Below are positions 27,301-40,100 of a stretch of 64,000 bases of DNA, one piece after another. The translations under genes were made by a program, and so were the position numbers. Each line of letters starts with the position of its first letter. Position 1 is the first letter of the stretch. The stretch comes from Lama glama (taxonomy: Eukaryota), in the NCBI GenBank assembly GCA_028534125.1, contig CM052832.1, forward strand, positions 8,434,001 through 8,498,000, given 5' to 3'. The notes beneath the pieces were generated by a model. It made no database searches, was not told the DNA's origin, and saw nothing but the letters and a program-made list of their open reading frames with translations.

Positions 27301-30300
27301 AGATGGAGTCTCACTTGGGGGTTGCTTGAGGATCAGGGCTCCCCACACCCTCTCCGTCACTGGCTCTGTTTCTCTGCCTCCTAGATTGAAGGCCGTATCA
27401 CAGGGACCCACCAGGAAAGTCCAAATCCCCCCAACCCCTCCGGCCAGTGCCCCATCTGCCGCTGGAACCTGAAGCACAAGTATGGCCACGAGGTGAGTCT
27501 GGGCACAGACACACGTCTGCACGGCACGGAGATCGTGTTCCCCAGTTGGCTTAAGCAGCATCTCACAGAGCCACTGAGACAGACGCATTTGGTCCAGCAG
27601 CTCTCAACCCCGGCTGCAGATGAGAATCACAGGGGAGCTTCAAAAACTACTCGGGCCCCACCCCCAGCATCAGTTCGGTTGGTCTGGTGTGAAACTGGGC
27701 CATCATTTTTTTTTTAAACTCTGCAGGTGATTCTCATGTGCAGCCAGGGTAGAAAGCCCCTGACTTAGTTCACGGTCTGGCTGCATGTGATTGGGACCAC
27801 CAGGAGGATGGAATCAGGGTCTAGGTTGGCTTTCCTCTTTTTAGAATGAGCGCATGTCTGCAAGGTCCTCACTGTGATCCGGGGACACATCACTGTCTTT
27901 CCATGTGGAGCTACGAAGTCCCCTGTTTGCTCTAGCTCCTCTAGAGTTGTCGCATGGAGAGATGAGAGTGAGTAACAGTAGGTGAGCTGCATGGAGTGTG
28001 TGCTCTGGAAGCACCTACCTGTCATAATTCACTTAGTTTTCACAATAGCCCTATGAAGTAGGTGCTTTTTTCATACTTGGTTTACAGATGAGGAAATTTG
28101 AGGTATGGCAAAGTTAATGAACTTGTCTCAGATCACCCAGCTAGTAAGTATCAGAGATAGGATACAGACTCTGGGGATACAAAACCCAGGTAGGGCCTAT
28201 GATCTCATCTCCCACTCTACATTGTCTGGACATGGGGCAGGCCTGGGGGAAAGGACACAGCCCTGCAGAAATCCATACTTGTCCTTCAGAGTTCTATTGG
28301 TGACATTAAGCTCCCTATTTTTAGATTTCAGGTGATTCAGGCTCTGGGCCAGTTTGACCTGCAAGTTGTCCCTGTGCCCCTCTATGGAATGGGATGACTA
28401 AGGGCAGAGATCCTGATCAGGTGGTGAGAGCAGGAGAGGCCACATGCCCATGGGATCTGAACAGAATGACCCAACTAATCTCCTGGGCAGTGAGCCTTGG
28501 CTTCAGGCCACCCGGGGGTGGGGGTGGGGGTGGGGTTCTTTCACCCTGCACAGCCCTTCTGCTGATGGCTGCCTGAGTAACAGGGAACTTGCAGGCCATG
28601 GGACAGTGCTCTCAACTTCTTGTGACATGGAAGTTAGTGGGGTCATGGCCATACTTAGTATCCCAGTTGCAGGCGGCAAGGTGAACCCACACCTGCCTGA
28701 CTGCCATGGGGCATTCTTCCTACCAGCAGTTTCCAGGAAATGGGCTTGGCTCTGTTTATCCAGCAAAAGAAATCCAATCCCCTCCAAGGTAAAGGCTGAA
28801 GAAGTTGTTTTCCTTTACCCCTTTCTGCTCCGGACACCGCTAGCCTGAGCTGCACAAAGCTGTCATCTTCCTTGGCAGCCTGCAGTGGGGGTGGTGAGGC
28901 TGTGAGCCAGTGTATTAGCCCTAGATAATCCAATCCAAGTTCTTTTCATCAGATTGTGAAGATTACAGGGGTGGGAATTGGGGGCCTGGGTCCCCTGGGA
29001 ACTGTCCAGTGATTAAAACAAATCTGTGGTTTATACAGTGAGGCGCCTGCCAGGGCAGAGTCAATTTGTGGACCAAGACTGTGGAGACCAGTGTGCCAGG
29101 CCCCTCGGGGGTGGGTGGGGTAGGAGACTTTATTTAACCCCCTCAGCCATCCTGTGAGAGTTGGGAGGGGAAGTGGTCTCTCTTGATTCTAGCTCTGTTT
29201 AGCCTTATTTCCCTGACTTGTCCAAAGGCATCTGATGGCTCAAAGCAAGCCCAAGAATCCATTCACATCTGGTCACAGGGTCACATTAGAAGATATGGGA
29301 TTTAACTTATCAACCCTGGGCCCTTCCTCCTCAGCTTTTATCTTGCCTTGGGCTTCAGAGGGACCAGCAGAAGGGGGAGGGGCTCCCTGTGGGTCTTCTG
29401 GCCCGTGGCACATATGTAGGCTTTGGGGGCGGGAGTGGTACAGGTTTTCCCTCTTGTGTGGAAATATACAACATACTCTCGCCCTCACTCAAGGAGAACA
29501 GACCTTTCGTCACCAGGAAAGATACTGTCAGTGCGGGAAAGCTTGTTAACACTTCCCGAGGAGTTCCTGTTCTCTAATCTTATCTATCAAAAGACTGTCT
29601 CATGGAGAACCTGAGAGCTCTCAGGGTTGGTAATGGGGTCAGAAAATCTTGCTAAATTGGGACTGAACTTCTATTAGAGTGGAGGTAGCAGGCCTGCGTG
29701 CAAAGCTCTTTGTGGGAGCATGGGCTCAGGTTGCATTCCCCAGGGAGGCCTCAGCCTCCCCTGGAGGTCACTTGGCCCTGGCTCCCCAGCAGCAAGCGCC
29801 CATCCAAATGACCCTCATCTCTTTTTTCTGATTCCACTAGGATGTTCTCCTGCTCAGTCAGTTCATCCGGCCGCATGGGGGCATGCTGCCCCGAAGGGTC
29901 ACAGGCCTGTGCCTTGAAGAGCACCGCAAGATTGAGGAGTGTGTGAAGATGGCCCACCGAGCAGGTAGAAGGCCCCTCGGGACTAAGAGGAGCAGAGGGC
30001 TGTGGGCACCTTTCCCACCCTCCAGCTGCCGTATGTCCCAGCCCCTCCCGGAAGAGAAATGGGTATCCAGAGGCTTCATTATACTCATCCCCCAGTGCCA
30101 AGCTCCACCCCCTGGGGCTTTCCATCCACCCCTGGGAGAGCTGCAGAGGGAGTTGCAGAGACCATCCCCTTAAATGCTCTTCCCTCCACTCAGGTCTGCT
30201 CCCAAATCACAGGCCTAAGCTCCCTGAAGGATTCATTCCAAAGAGCAGACCCCGACTCAACAGGTAAGCAAACCTGGGCGTCAGCACCCTCAGCGTTCTG

Positions 30301-33286
30301 CAGGCCCTCAGCCCTCGCTAGGGAAGCCATTGTCCCATAGCTCAAGAAAGCTAGAGCGCTCCACCCCCTTTCAGCCTGAGCGCCCGCCCTGTCAGTCCCA
30401 CCACTGCTGCGGTTGATACTGTGCTCGCTTCTCTTACCCTCCCCTGTCGGCTCAGCCTCTCTCCTCATCCCTCCCCAGTGGGGCACTTAGCACAGGGGCA
30501 AGGAGGGTAAGGAGGTCTGCTGGCTAGGCATTAGAATGTGCTAATCCTCTGTTTATGACATCATACCGGGTTGCTATGGGAATGTCAGAGCACTTCTACA
30601 AACTTTCAGTAATAGCACTGGGGTTATTAAAGGGCAAAATGAAACCTTCGAAATAGAAATGGGAGGGCAACTGCATATAGCTGTGCAAATCGTACACTGC
30701 AAAACGTGAGGGCAGCATCGGTGTAGACTAGATTGTGAATGGTGCTCCCTAGAGTTGTGCAGTTAACAACCTGCACAGCTACACATGGCATCTGATGAGG
30801 TCCTGAGGTTTTATAGAGGAGGAGAGAAAGGCCTCTAGATCCCAGAATCAATTAGTCTCCCTTTTAGCCTAAGCAGGGTGGCCCCCTCGGGTGTAAGCAC
30901 AGAGTCCTGTCTAACAGTCAGGCAGCCGTCTCTGACATTACCACATTCACATACTCCTAGGCCTACAATACCATCTTGTTGAGAATAAATCCAGGACATG
31001 AAATTTCTTCTTATTCTTCCCTGTTAACAGCCCCTCCCTCCTTCAGCCTGTCCAGCTGCCACTGGAACTGCTCTCCCTGGTTAAAGCAAAGCAAGACACC
31101 CTACCCCAACGAACCTCCTAGGCTGATCCCCAGCAGAACCCAGGCATGGAGGATGGGAGATCAGGGAGATACCAGCCATGGATTACTGGGCTGGGGGTAC
31201 AGGACCAGAGCTGGGTCTTCACTGACGCCTTTCCAGCACCCTGGCCCCATGCCCACCTCTACCTGCACCTCCCACATTGCTAGCTGGGCCATCTGCCAGC
31301 AGCCCTGGGGGAATGGGACATATTAACCTCTTCCTATCTTTCCCAAATGTGCTTTAGGACCACCCCCACCCCAACTTGTTAAGAGACAGCAGAAACCTAA
31401 GGACACAATCATCCTGCCCTCGGGCCTTTGAAGCAGAGCCAGGCTCCCTCCCATATATCCGGTGTCCTTTAACGTGACACAGGATTGATGACGTGTGGGG
31501 GCTCTTGGGTTGCAAAAGGCCACCCTGGGGAGGAGAGGGAATCCTGGCTACGAGGGAGGTTGATTCCTTACAAAGGACTTTATGATTCCATCCAGAGGTC
31601 CTTGAGCTGCCATGTACTGGCCCAGGCTCTGCTTGGCCCCGGGAGCCACACTTCCTCCTTCCCCCACCCCTTCAGGAGAGGTAGGAGGGGAGAGCTTGTT
31701 TAGGAAGGAGCCTCGGTCCTTCTTAGAGCTGGAGTGTTCCCTGGGAGCTGATTGGAGGCCCCTGGCCCCCTCCCCTGCCAGTTGGCTGCTCCATGGGGCA
31801 CAGGCATCAGGCCCAGGGCTAACTGAAGCCCAGCTTCCCTGGGGTCTCTCCGGGGCAGCAGGGGAAGAACAGCTTTAGGGCAGCAGCTCTGGAGAATCTG
31901 GTCAACCTCAGGATCTTCTGAAGTCTTCAAACCCAATGAGCACTCCTTTTGGGGAGCCTGCTCCCACACCCTACCTCTTCACCCACTCCCTCTGAAGACT
32001 GGAGAAGTCAGTGTGGGGCCTGCTAGGTGTTCCCCTCCCTTTACTCTCCTGCTGTTCCAGCACCACCAGCCATAGGAGAAGCCATCCCTGGGGCTGGCCC
32101 ACTGCACCAGTGCCTCCCTGCTAGGGTGTTGACAGCCACAGTGGACATGGGGAAGCCCTCTCCTGCCAGCCCACCTCACACTTGGCATGTAGGCCAGCAC
32201 CCCCCTCAGTTTTTTACTTCCTCTCAGAGCTGAGAGCAGAAGACCAAGGTCCAGGGGAGCTCAGTTGAAATGTATAAATCTGCAGTCATTTTTTCACTCT
32301 TATCTAAAATTTTTCACCTGTGGCTATTAATTTTAAAACCTCTCAATTGAGGGTCTCTAAGGGCCGCTGGGTTGAGCCCCGACCTAGTGTGGAGGCAGGC
32401 AAGGATCCTAGTCTTTTCCATGGCTGAGCTTTCAGGATGAAGGGTGGGCCTCTTTGGACAGAATCCAGGTCTCATTCTGGATGGAGTAAACCCCAGTCCC
32501 AGCCGGCATGAGCCACTTTTCCAGGAACTATCGGCCCTGCCATCCCCAAAGGAGGCCAGAGGCCTGTGGGTGGTAGCCATCTTTCCCCACCTCCTCCCGC
32601 TTCCAAGAACCTTCCTGGCCTAGGTCTGCACCCATGGGCCCTTACCCTTGGCTCTCATCATGGGTTGGGTGAGGGGCAGGGGTCCTCCACCAGGGTTGTT
32701 CCTTGAAGGCTGGGGTGGTATTGGAGTGAGCCAAGTGGGGAAGAGGGAAGGATTCCTCCAGGCCCTTACATTAGGCTCTCCTCTTCCCAAGACTGAGGCC
32801 AAAGAGGGATGATCTGCTCTCTGAGCAGCCTCTTCCTCCACTTCCTCCTCCCCCAGCAGATACACACAAACACTGACAACTCATAAAGATCAAGGGAGCG
32901 CGTGGCCTTGGGTTGCCTGACCCTGGCCACACACACTTGCAGCAGCAAAAGCCCAGCCCATCTGTTTACAGCACACTTGGTAGTTGCTCCCAGGAAAAGC
33001 CCCTTCTCCTCAAGAAAGAAAAACTGGTGAAAGGGTTTGGTTGGCCAACTGTGGCTTGGGCCTGAGGAGGCCATGCCCACAGTCCCAGCTGCAGCATGGG
33101 CCACCAGCCCTCATAGCCACCTCCTGGCCCTCCCTCCACAGGTACCTGACCCGCTGGTCTCCCCGCTCCGTCAAGCCCATCTACAACAAAGGCCACCGCT
33201 GGAACAGGGTGCACATGGCTGTGGGGTCCCCCCTCCTGAAGGACAATGTCTCCTACTCGGGCAGGCCTTTGGTGCTGTATCACTGA
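18071..33286 (+). CDS. MRPS18A: Mitochondrial ribosomal protein S18A (bS18 family, mL66), 196 aa; join(18071..18182,24875..24906,27385..27492,29841..29964,30194..30263,33142..33286)
   Basis: Exons sum to 591 nt (196 aa + TGA), all introns are GT-AG with matching phases. The protein [19 protein letters not shown]...[36 protein letters not shown]...[15 protein letters not shown] matches recalled mammalian MRPS18A and keeps the Zn-binding CxxC...C. Confidence 0.96.
19890..20225 (-). mobile_element. L1M fragment
   Basis: tcctccacctttgttcttctttctcaagattattttggct...atgaattttagaatca. Confidence 0.75.
20326..20531 (+). mobile_element. MER20 (hAT-Charlie)
   Basis: cagtggttctcaa...tttggcaatg..agagacagtttt..tggcatctggtgggtagaggccag..gctgctaaac...gttgagaaa. 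Confidence 0.85.
20902..20998 (+). mobile_element. Internally deleted camelid Vic-1-like tRNA-derived SINE with 11-bp TSD
   Basis: gcatgaggtcctaggttcaatctccagtgcctcc + aaataaataaacaaacctaattagccccccc tail; TSD ACAAGAAAAAT at 20891-20901 and 20999-21009. Confidence 0.75.
22333..22406 (+). repeat. 37-bp tandem duplication
   Basis: gcagaggcttgaaatctacaagggactctttgggctg / gcagaggcttgaaatctactagggcctcttcgggctc, 4 mismatches. Confidence 0.9.
24875..24906 (+). CDS. MRPS18A: MRPS18A exon 2 (32 nt)
   Basis: Pyrimidine tract + tgtag| (V)[10 protein letters not shown] |gtaagt. Confidence 0.92.
26700..26910 (-). mobile_element. MER20
   Basis: ctagaggccagtagcaccc...gtgacgattagaaatgtctcggacattgtccagtgtcccctgg...gagaacctctg. 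Confidence 0.75.
27385..27492 (+). CDS. MRPS18A: MRPS18A exon 3
   Basis: cctag|[36 protein letters not shown]|gtgagt. Confidence 0.95.
28020..28220 (-). mobile_element. MIR SINE
   Basis: cacaatagccctatgaagtagg...tttacagatgaggaaatttgagg. Confidence 0.75.
29841..29964 (+). CDS. MRPS18A: MRPS18A exon 4
   Basis: actag|[41 protein letters not shown]|gtagaa. Confidence 0.95.
30194..30263 (+). CDS. MRPS18A: MRPS18A exon 5
   Basis: ctcag|(G)[22 protein letters not shown](R)|gtaagc. Confidence 0.94.
30664..30794. mobile_element. MER91-like palindromic hAT-Tip100 MITE
   Basis: agctgtgca..tacactgca ... tgtgaatggtgctccctagagttgtgcagt..acaacctgcacagct, imperfect inverted repeat. Confidence 0.65.
33142..33286 (+). 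CDS. MRPS18A: MRPS18A exon 6 (terminal coding)
   Basis: cacag|[47 protein letters not shown]. Confidence 0.95.
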
Positions 33287-34028
33287 CTGAGAGCAGGGCC
33301 TCCCGAGAGCCTGGCCCAAGCTTGTCCTGCACTTCCGCCCCATCCCACCAGGCGTTCCGGCTCCTCCAAAGTGGATGGCACGACGGTCAGCAGGACCATC
33401 TTCAGTGTCCTGGGCCTGCCCAGCCACAGTGCTGGGAGCTGGGGGCAGGTGGGCAGGGAGTCAGGTTCCTGGACAGCTGCTGTGGTCTCATAACTGGCCT
33501 GGGCTTCGCTCAGTGCCAGGGGACAGGAGTTTTGCCCAGAGGAATATTATAAACCAGGCTCGTACTCGCCCACTGGGTGTGTGCTCACTGCTTGGATAGG
33601 CGGGGGGCTTGGCCCATTCCTGGCCAGTTGCTGAGCATTGAGTCACTGACCTCTTGTGATGGGCCACGTGGAAGCAGTGGAGTTCACAGGCCTAACAGGT
33701 TCCCTTCCTCTCTGTTGACAACTGTTAGCTCTTCAGCCTGGAGGGCTGCTAGGAGGAGGTGAGTTGGGCTGTTGGGCCCATGCACAGCTCTCTGAGTCCA
33801 AGAAATTGCCTTTCTCAAAGGGTTCCTGGCTGTCACCTTCTCCCCCAGCCATTTCCTCCCATTCTCTCGTTAGTGTACATTCCCACCCTCTGCCACTTGC
33901 TTTAGAGCTGAGCCTCTCCTCAGCCTGGACAGCAGATAGAGGCGGAGATGGGAAGCAGCAGCACAGAGCGAACAGACCAGATTCACCGGAGTTTATGAAA
34001 ATACTGTTGAGACTCCTGGGCGGCCCTC

Positions 34029-34189
34029 CTACAGCATGAAGGGCAGGTCTGTGTTCTTCTCGCCGGTGCCCACGTAGATGTAGCCATAGTTCTTGGTGCG
34101 GGGAGCGTGGTAGAAGGTGAGGCCCGGCCAGAGCAGGCTGCGCAGCACCACCAAGGCGTTGCCCCTCTCCATCTGGATGCTCCAGGACC
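34029..34189 (-). CDS. RSPH9: RSPH9 exon 5 (terminal coding)
   Basis: cccag|(G)[52 protein letters not shown]. Confidence 0.95.
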
Positions 34190-37100
34190 CTGGGGAGGAG
34201 ACAGGGCCTGGGTGCTGTGCAGCAGGAGCCCTGCGGGGTGTGCAGAGGCCCCAAGCAGCCAGGCCTGGGCGTCAAGGTTCCACTGGGAACAGGGAAGACA
34301 ATTTAATTAATTATCCCGGCACTTTACTCCTCCTGATTGCCTTTGAGCCATTTCACTGCTCATTAAAACCACTTCCAGAGGGAGGACAGAGGAAATGAAA
34401 AGAGGTGAAATTCAAAGCAGTCCATTTTGTTCCTGTCAGCAAGTCTAGTGAAAGGTTGTGCGGGGGAGGCAGCTGAATCCACAGTCCACAGGCGGAGGGG
34501 AGCTGGGGCTGAGCAGGGAGACTCAAGGCTCCCCCACCCTGCACTAAGGGTGCTCACTAGTGGCCTTCAGTCCCGGCACGCTTTGCCTCTACTTACCATT
34601 TGCCCTTGTCCCCAGGCCCAGAAGCCTCTTCTCAGAGATGGATCAGTCCTGACCAGACTCACGTAGAAGTGTGGTCGTTTCAGGCCTCCCAGCTCAATAG
34701 CCCTTTCTGGCAGCTAGGAGCCTGGGAGCCATCCTTGGTGGGAGGGGACTTGGGCTGCAGCTAATGAGCCTTTGTCTGTCCTGGGTTCTGCCCTGGTTTT
34801 TTGCTCCCCAGACGGGAGCAGCCCAGCCCGAGGCTGAGTTGTGCAGCCATAAGGACTTGGCGGGAAAGGCCTGATCCAGCTCCAGAACCGAGGGAGGGAG
34901 CCGCTGTGTGGGAGGAAGGAGCCTGGGAAAATCGCCTCTGGATGCAGATCTGGAGCTTCTATTCCCCTGCGCACTGAGGCCTCTCCCCGGCCCAGCCGCA
35001 GCTCTGCTCCAGGCCTTGCCAGAAAGGCAAATGCTTTGAAGGTTTTGGTGCCGGACCAGCCAGTGATGCACTGAGAGCTATGCCGAGGCCTTCATCAGCT
35101 GCCAGCTAAGCCCCGGCTGCCTGGCTCCCATCGCCCCGTTGCCCCCAGGCCTCCTCCAACCATGGCCCACCCTGGTCACTCCACACCCAGCAGCCTCACA
35201 AATCAGGCCCCACCCACCAGGGGGCCACCCTGCATCTGAGAGACCTGACCACCAAGCACCCCTGGCCCTGATGGCAGCTCAGCCTTGCTTAGGTGCCAGC
35301 ACCTGCCCAGGTCAAAGCCTGAGCTTTCTGGCTGCATGCAGGTCATCTGCCCCTGGTTTGCTTAGGGGGATGCCACTTGGAGGCCACCTCAGCATTGTGC
35401 GGTGGCCTGCAGCAAGTGCCACCACCAACCATGAGATGAAGTGGAAGGCACAGTGTGGGCTTGATCCCACTCCCTCAGGCCTGCTCAGTGCCAGCCAGAC
35501 AGCATCAAGGAGGAAGAAGTGTGTTCCTGGGTTATCAGAGCTCTGGCCAGGGCACTGCCAGGGATTGGGGGGGATCTTTCCTGGGCAGAGAAGGGAGTAT
35601 TTCTTCTAGCTCCTACAGCTTTCCTCTCTGGGTACCTGAGGTCTTCCACCTCCAAGACCTGCTGGCAGAGTTCTAGAGGCCTTAGCCTATTGCCTCCTAC
35701 TCACTCATTCCAGAAAACAGAGATGGCCTAGGGGTCACAGGAAATGGGGTGTGACAGAACGAAGTGTTCCCATTACGCTGCGTTCAGCCTTTGGCCAGAA
35801 GCACAGACCCCTAGGAAGATAGCCCTGCTTAGTTCTCCCTGCCAGTGTCCAGAACATCATTTGGGGAGTCTATCCCTGCCCTTAGAGCCCACAGTCACAG
35901 CCCCCTCAAACTGAAGAAGGTCAAGCTTCACCCACCTGGGGAAGGCAGCTTGCAGTGTGCCTAGGCCAAACACTGCCCCCAGAGAACTGGAATCGGGAGT
36001 CCCCCAACCCTGACCATTCTATCAGTTCCCTGTCATCAGCGCCTTGGCACATCCTGGGCAAGGGCTGGGTCCTGGGTTCCCCTGGCACCAGTCTCCCCAG
36101 CTAGGGTTTGGCTACTTCTTGCTTCCAGTAGATGAGGGGCCCAGGCTCATCAGCAGGAGCTCCCCCAACCTCTGCCAGGAGCTAGGGGAACCTGGTCGAG
36201 ATGCTAGCAAAATATAGTGCCCCCGTCAGGGCAGGGGGCAGTGCCAAGCGGGCTGAAGGGTGCTGGCAGACTACAGAAGCAGCATGTGAGGGACCGGCCA
36301 GCTGACACTGCCTTCTCCCTCCCTTGCATTCCTGTCACAATCCAGTCCTCCTCTCCTTGTCCCTGGCTCAGCTTGTCACTCAGGAAACAGACTTTCAATG
36401 TCCCAGGAGTCACGTAGCATCTATCTGGGAAGCCAGGCACTTGCTGTCACCTTCACCCACTTATTGCAAATGCTGGAAAGGCTGGGCCCGGCCAGCCACA
36501 ACCTCTAGGACTCAGGGGAAGCAGCCTCCTGCAGCCCTGCTGTTTCAGCTCAAAGCCCCTCGTCTCTTCCAAGTCTCCTCAGACCTCCCCTCCGCCCCCC
36601 TGGTGGCCACTCTTCTCCACAAGCTCTCTTTTTTGAGGATGTAGTGGGATACACACTAGTAAATAAGGAATGGGGCCTCTTGCATCAGCAGGAAGTCCTG
36701 GGTGTCCTGGGCCCTGAGGATCTCACCCACCTTGCTGGTTTGGAAACCTCAATTGGGTGTATGCTCTTCATCATTACATTCTCCTGTCTTCCAGAAAGAA
36801 GGGCAACACAGCTCTGAGATTAAGTTTGAGGAGGAGAACCAGGCTGGGGTTCAGAGCTGTCCAGGGGCACTGGGTGGGGGGCTACAGGTGGAAGAGTAAC
36901 CTGTCTAATGATGGCCAAGGCCAGACCTCTGGTCTAGAAGGTCGAGGCACCTGTCAGCCAGGATTCCAAGGGACTGGTGGGAGGAACCCCACCTGCACAC
37001 CCACCAAGGAAGGGCTGATCCCAGACACCATATTCCCCACCCCTCTCCAGTACTGTCTCTCCTGTCCCCATCCCGTCCCCAGCCACATTTTAAAGGCCAC

Positions 37101-40100
37101 TTTCCAGACAGGCAGGCCCCTTGCTGCCCTCTGCTGCCTGAACTGGGCATTGCTGCTGAGAACTCACTTGTGCTGGTGCCCCAACAGCCCAGTGCCAGGC
37201 AGTCAGCTGTCAGCTCCAGCCCAGAGTGGTGCAAGGAGAGGTTTTCTGCCCTCCACCCGAACTCTGCTTTGCAGGACACCGACGACCTTTTTTGTGAGGC
37301 ACCTTCTGTTTTACATTTCCACTTCCCATCCTTTATTTCATTTGGTCTTTCCAAAGCCTCTGTGAGGCAAGGATGGTGTCTGCCTTGTTCCTGACAGCAT
37401 CCCCAGTGCCTGGCATGTTGTAGCTGCTCAGTGGTATTTGCTGATGGAGTGGAAGATTGAAGAGCATTGAATGGCAGAGTACTGCCGAGAAACCTGGCAT
37501 CCTGACCTGGAGCTCTGCATCACCTGGCTGCAGCCCAGTCTCAGAGAACTCTTAGCTGTTGCCCGGTGTCTACCAGGAGGATAGTTCTGCCCTCAAAGTT
37601 ACCTGCTCCCACAAAACTCTGCAGAGCAGGATGGCTCAGGAGGGCATTAGTGGCCCCAGGAAATATCCCATCCTCTCTTCAGCCAAGGGTGGCCCAGGGA
37701 CCAGCTGCTGAGCTCCTGGCCTACCCCATGGGCAGACAGCAGGAGTCCCAGGGACAGGGCCAGCCTAAACCATCCCTGCTCACAGGTGACACGAAGTTCC
37801 CCTCAGACCCAGAAAGGAAACAGTGATCCTACCTGGGCAGAGAAGACCTGCCAAATTCCATCCCACCAGCCAGTGTTGGTGTCCCAGGGGACTCTAACGT
37901 GGGATTTTGGCCCTACTTAGTAGCCTGGCTGCTGTCTGCCAGGTGGGGCAGCCTCCCAGCAGCTCCTGCTCTTTCACTGGCAATAAGGAAGGAATCTGGA
38001 AGCAAAATCAGAGTGCTCTCCCCTGACCATCCACACTTCTACACCACCACCACCACTACCACCCCACGCCTCCATCAAGCCATTATGAGAAAAAACTGGG
38101 CCTGACTTCCTGGAGGCTTTCTGGTGGTGGCTCTGGGAGGAAAGGAGCCAGTGCCCCAGAAGCTGTGATGTCTCCCAGGGTCAGGCTGGGAGCACCCCTC
38201 CCCTCAGGCCACATACACACACAGAAGATGCCAGGAACCTTCAGCTCCCAAGGCTCCAGCACTAAGGACAAAGCAGCATACTGGGGAAGACTAGGGTGTT
38301 GAATCATTGGCTGATCCTTCAGCCCTAAGGCCCACCATTAGGGCAAGAAGTCTAGGGCCTCAGGCTCCTGCAACTCATCCACCTCCCGGGTCCAGATCCT
38401 CTACCTCCCAGGGGCCTGATTAATTCACTTGCTGACTGGCCCCAGCATCCTTTAGGAATACCCCAAAGCTCTGTATTTCACATCCCCTGCTGTGGAGAGA
38501 GAGAGCTGCTTTGCGTGTCCCCTTTATCCCAAGTGCATGGCAGATAGGGCTGGTGGGGTTCCCTTAGGAAGACTGTTGGGCCCCCACACCCTGTCTAGTC
38601 AGCTTTGGTCATGGCTGCAAAGGCCCCAGCACCCTCCTGGCCCCTCCCACTGCACAAAGGATGAAGTTCCAGGGGGAGGAGGCCTGGTCACCAAGCACTG
38701 GAGGGAGTGTGTCGTCTGCTGGCCTTGGAACATTCTGTTGCAGGTGTGAAGGCTGAAAGGTCAGCACCGAGCCAGGCTTTCCAGCCACACCCTGAATCAG
38801 GGAGGAGGGGCTTCTGCCCCCAGGTTAAGGACATTAGGAGGACTTTTCCCTGCCCACCACTCAGCCCCTGGTGCTGGGCCCCCATCACAGTGTTCCTGGC
38901 TCCCTTTATCAGCAGGGGATGTGCAGCCCCCTCAGGCTCCTAGCCAGGATGCGAGCAGAGTTGGTGGAGGTAACATGAGTCTGGAAAGTATGTCTGATAA
39001 GTGAGAAATGCCCAAGCCCCTATAAACCTTCATCTCCCCAAAAGGTCCAGGACCCTCTTTCTATGTTCAGGGAGGCTGGATTCTGGCACCCCCATGTGGC
39101 AGAGGCCAGAGTAGCCACTCTTTGCTGGCAGCCCTTACTCACCAGGGATCCTATGGCCCAGGCCCTTGGGGCACTGCAGTAGACCTGAAACTGTCTCCAG
39201 ATCCCTGGCTTCCCCTTCTCCATCCATCCATGCACCACTGCCTTATCACAGACCTGCTCACAAGCCACAAGCAGCTCCTGCCTTGGTCTAGGCCTACTAC
39301 CCCTTGGCCATCTAGGCCGTTCTAGGCCTGCCCAACCCACCTCAGTAAGGCCTTCTTTCCACTGAAAATAATATAAGTAATAATTATTAATTTTTAATTC
39401 AGTCCTTAATATGTTAGGCACTATCATAAGCATTTTGTATAGTATTAACTTATTTAATTCTCATAACAATCCAATGAGATAGAACATATTATTCCCCTTT
39501 TGGAAATTGAGGCACAAGGAAATTGAGGGACTTCCCTGAGGTCACACAGCTAGTATGTAGCAGATTCAGGATTCCAACCCAGGCTTTCTGACTCCAGAGC
39601 CCTTGCCTTTAACCGCTATTCACATCACACCCCTACCCTGAGTTCCAGCCCTAAGGGGTTCCTCGTTGCTTCTTAGAAGTGTTTCCCCCTAGTGGTGGGG
39701 GTGACTACTGTCCTGCCATCCCCACTGTCCACTTAAAAGAAAAACACCATCTACGTGACACTTCCGTTAGGGGCAGAGCCCTGGAGTCTAATGCTCTAAC
39801 ATTAGTTGTGTCCTTGGGCTTAACTCTCTGAGCCTGTTTCTTCACCTGTAAAATGGGGATAATAATAGTATCTACCTCCTAGGTCAGCTGTGAAGATTAC
39901 AATGAGATAAGGCGTGGGAAGGACTGAGTACAGTGCCTGGCGCACAATAAGCAGTGTCACTGCTTTTAGGAGTTGTTATTATCATTATCATTGCTGTCAT
40001 CAACAACAGATCCCTCCAGTTCTCAGAGCACCAAGCATGGGAAGGGAAAGAAGCAGGGGTGCTGTGTCAGTGCCTTGGGTCTGGCTCCCGAATGCTCAGA

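Noticed and set aside
36590..36610. CTCF-like TGGCCACCAGGGGGGCGG on the minus strand (a weaker one at 6022-6040)
   Set aside because: One extra base breaks the register of the CCASYAGRKGGC core; cannot be supported without a PWM score or ChIP data.
36757..37365. 202-aa plus-strand ORF in RSPH9 intron 4
   Set aside because: GTG start, random-looking composition, ends in L2-like sequence.
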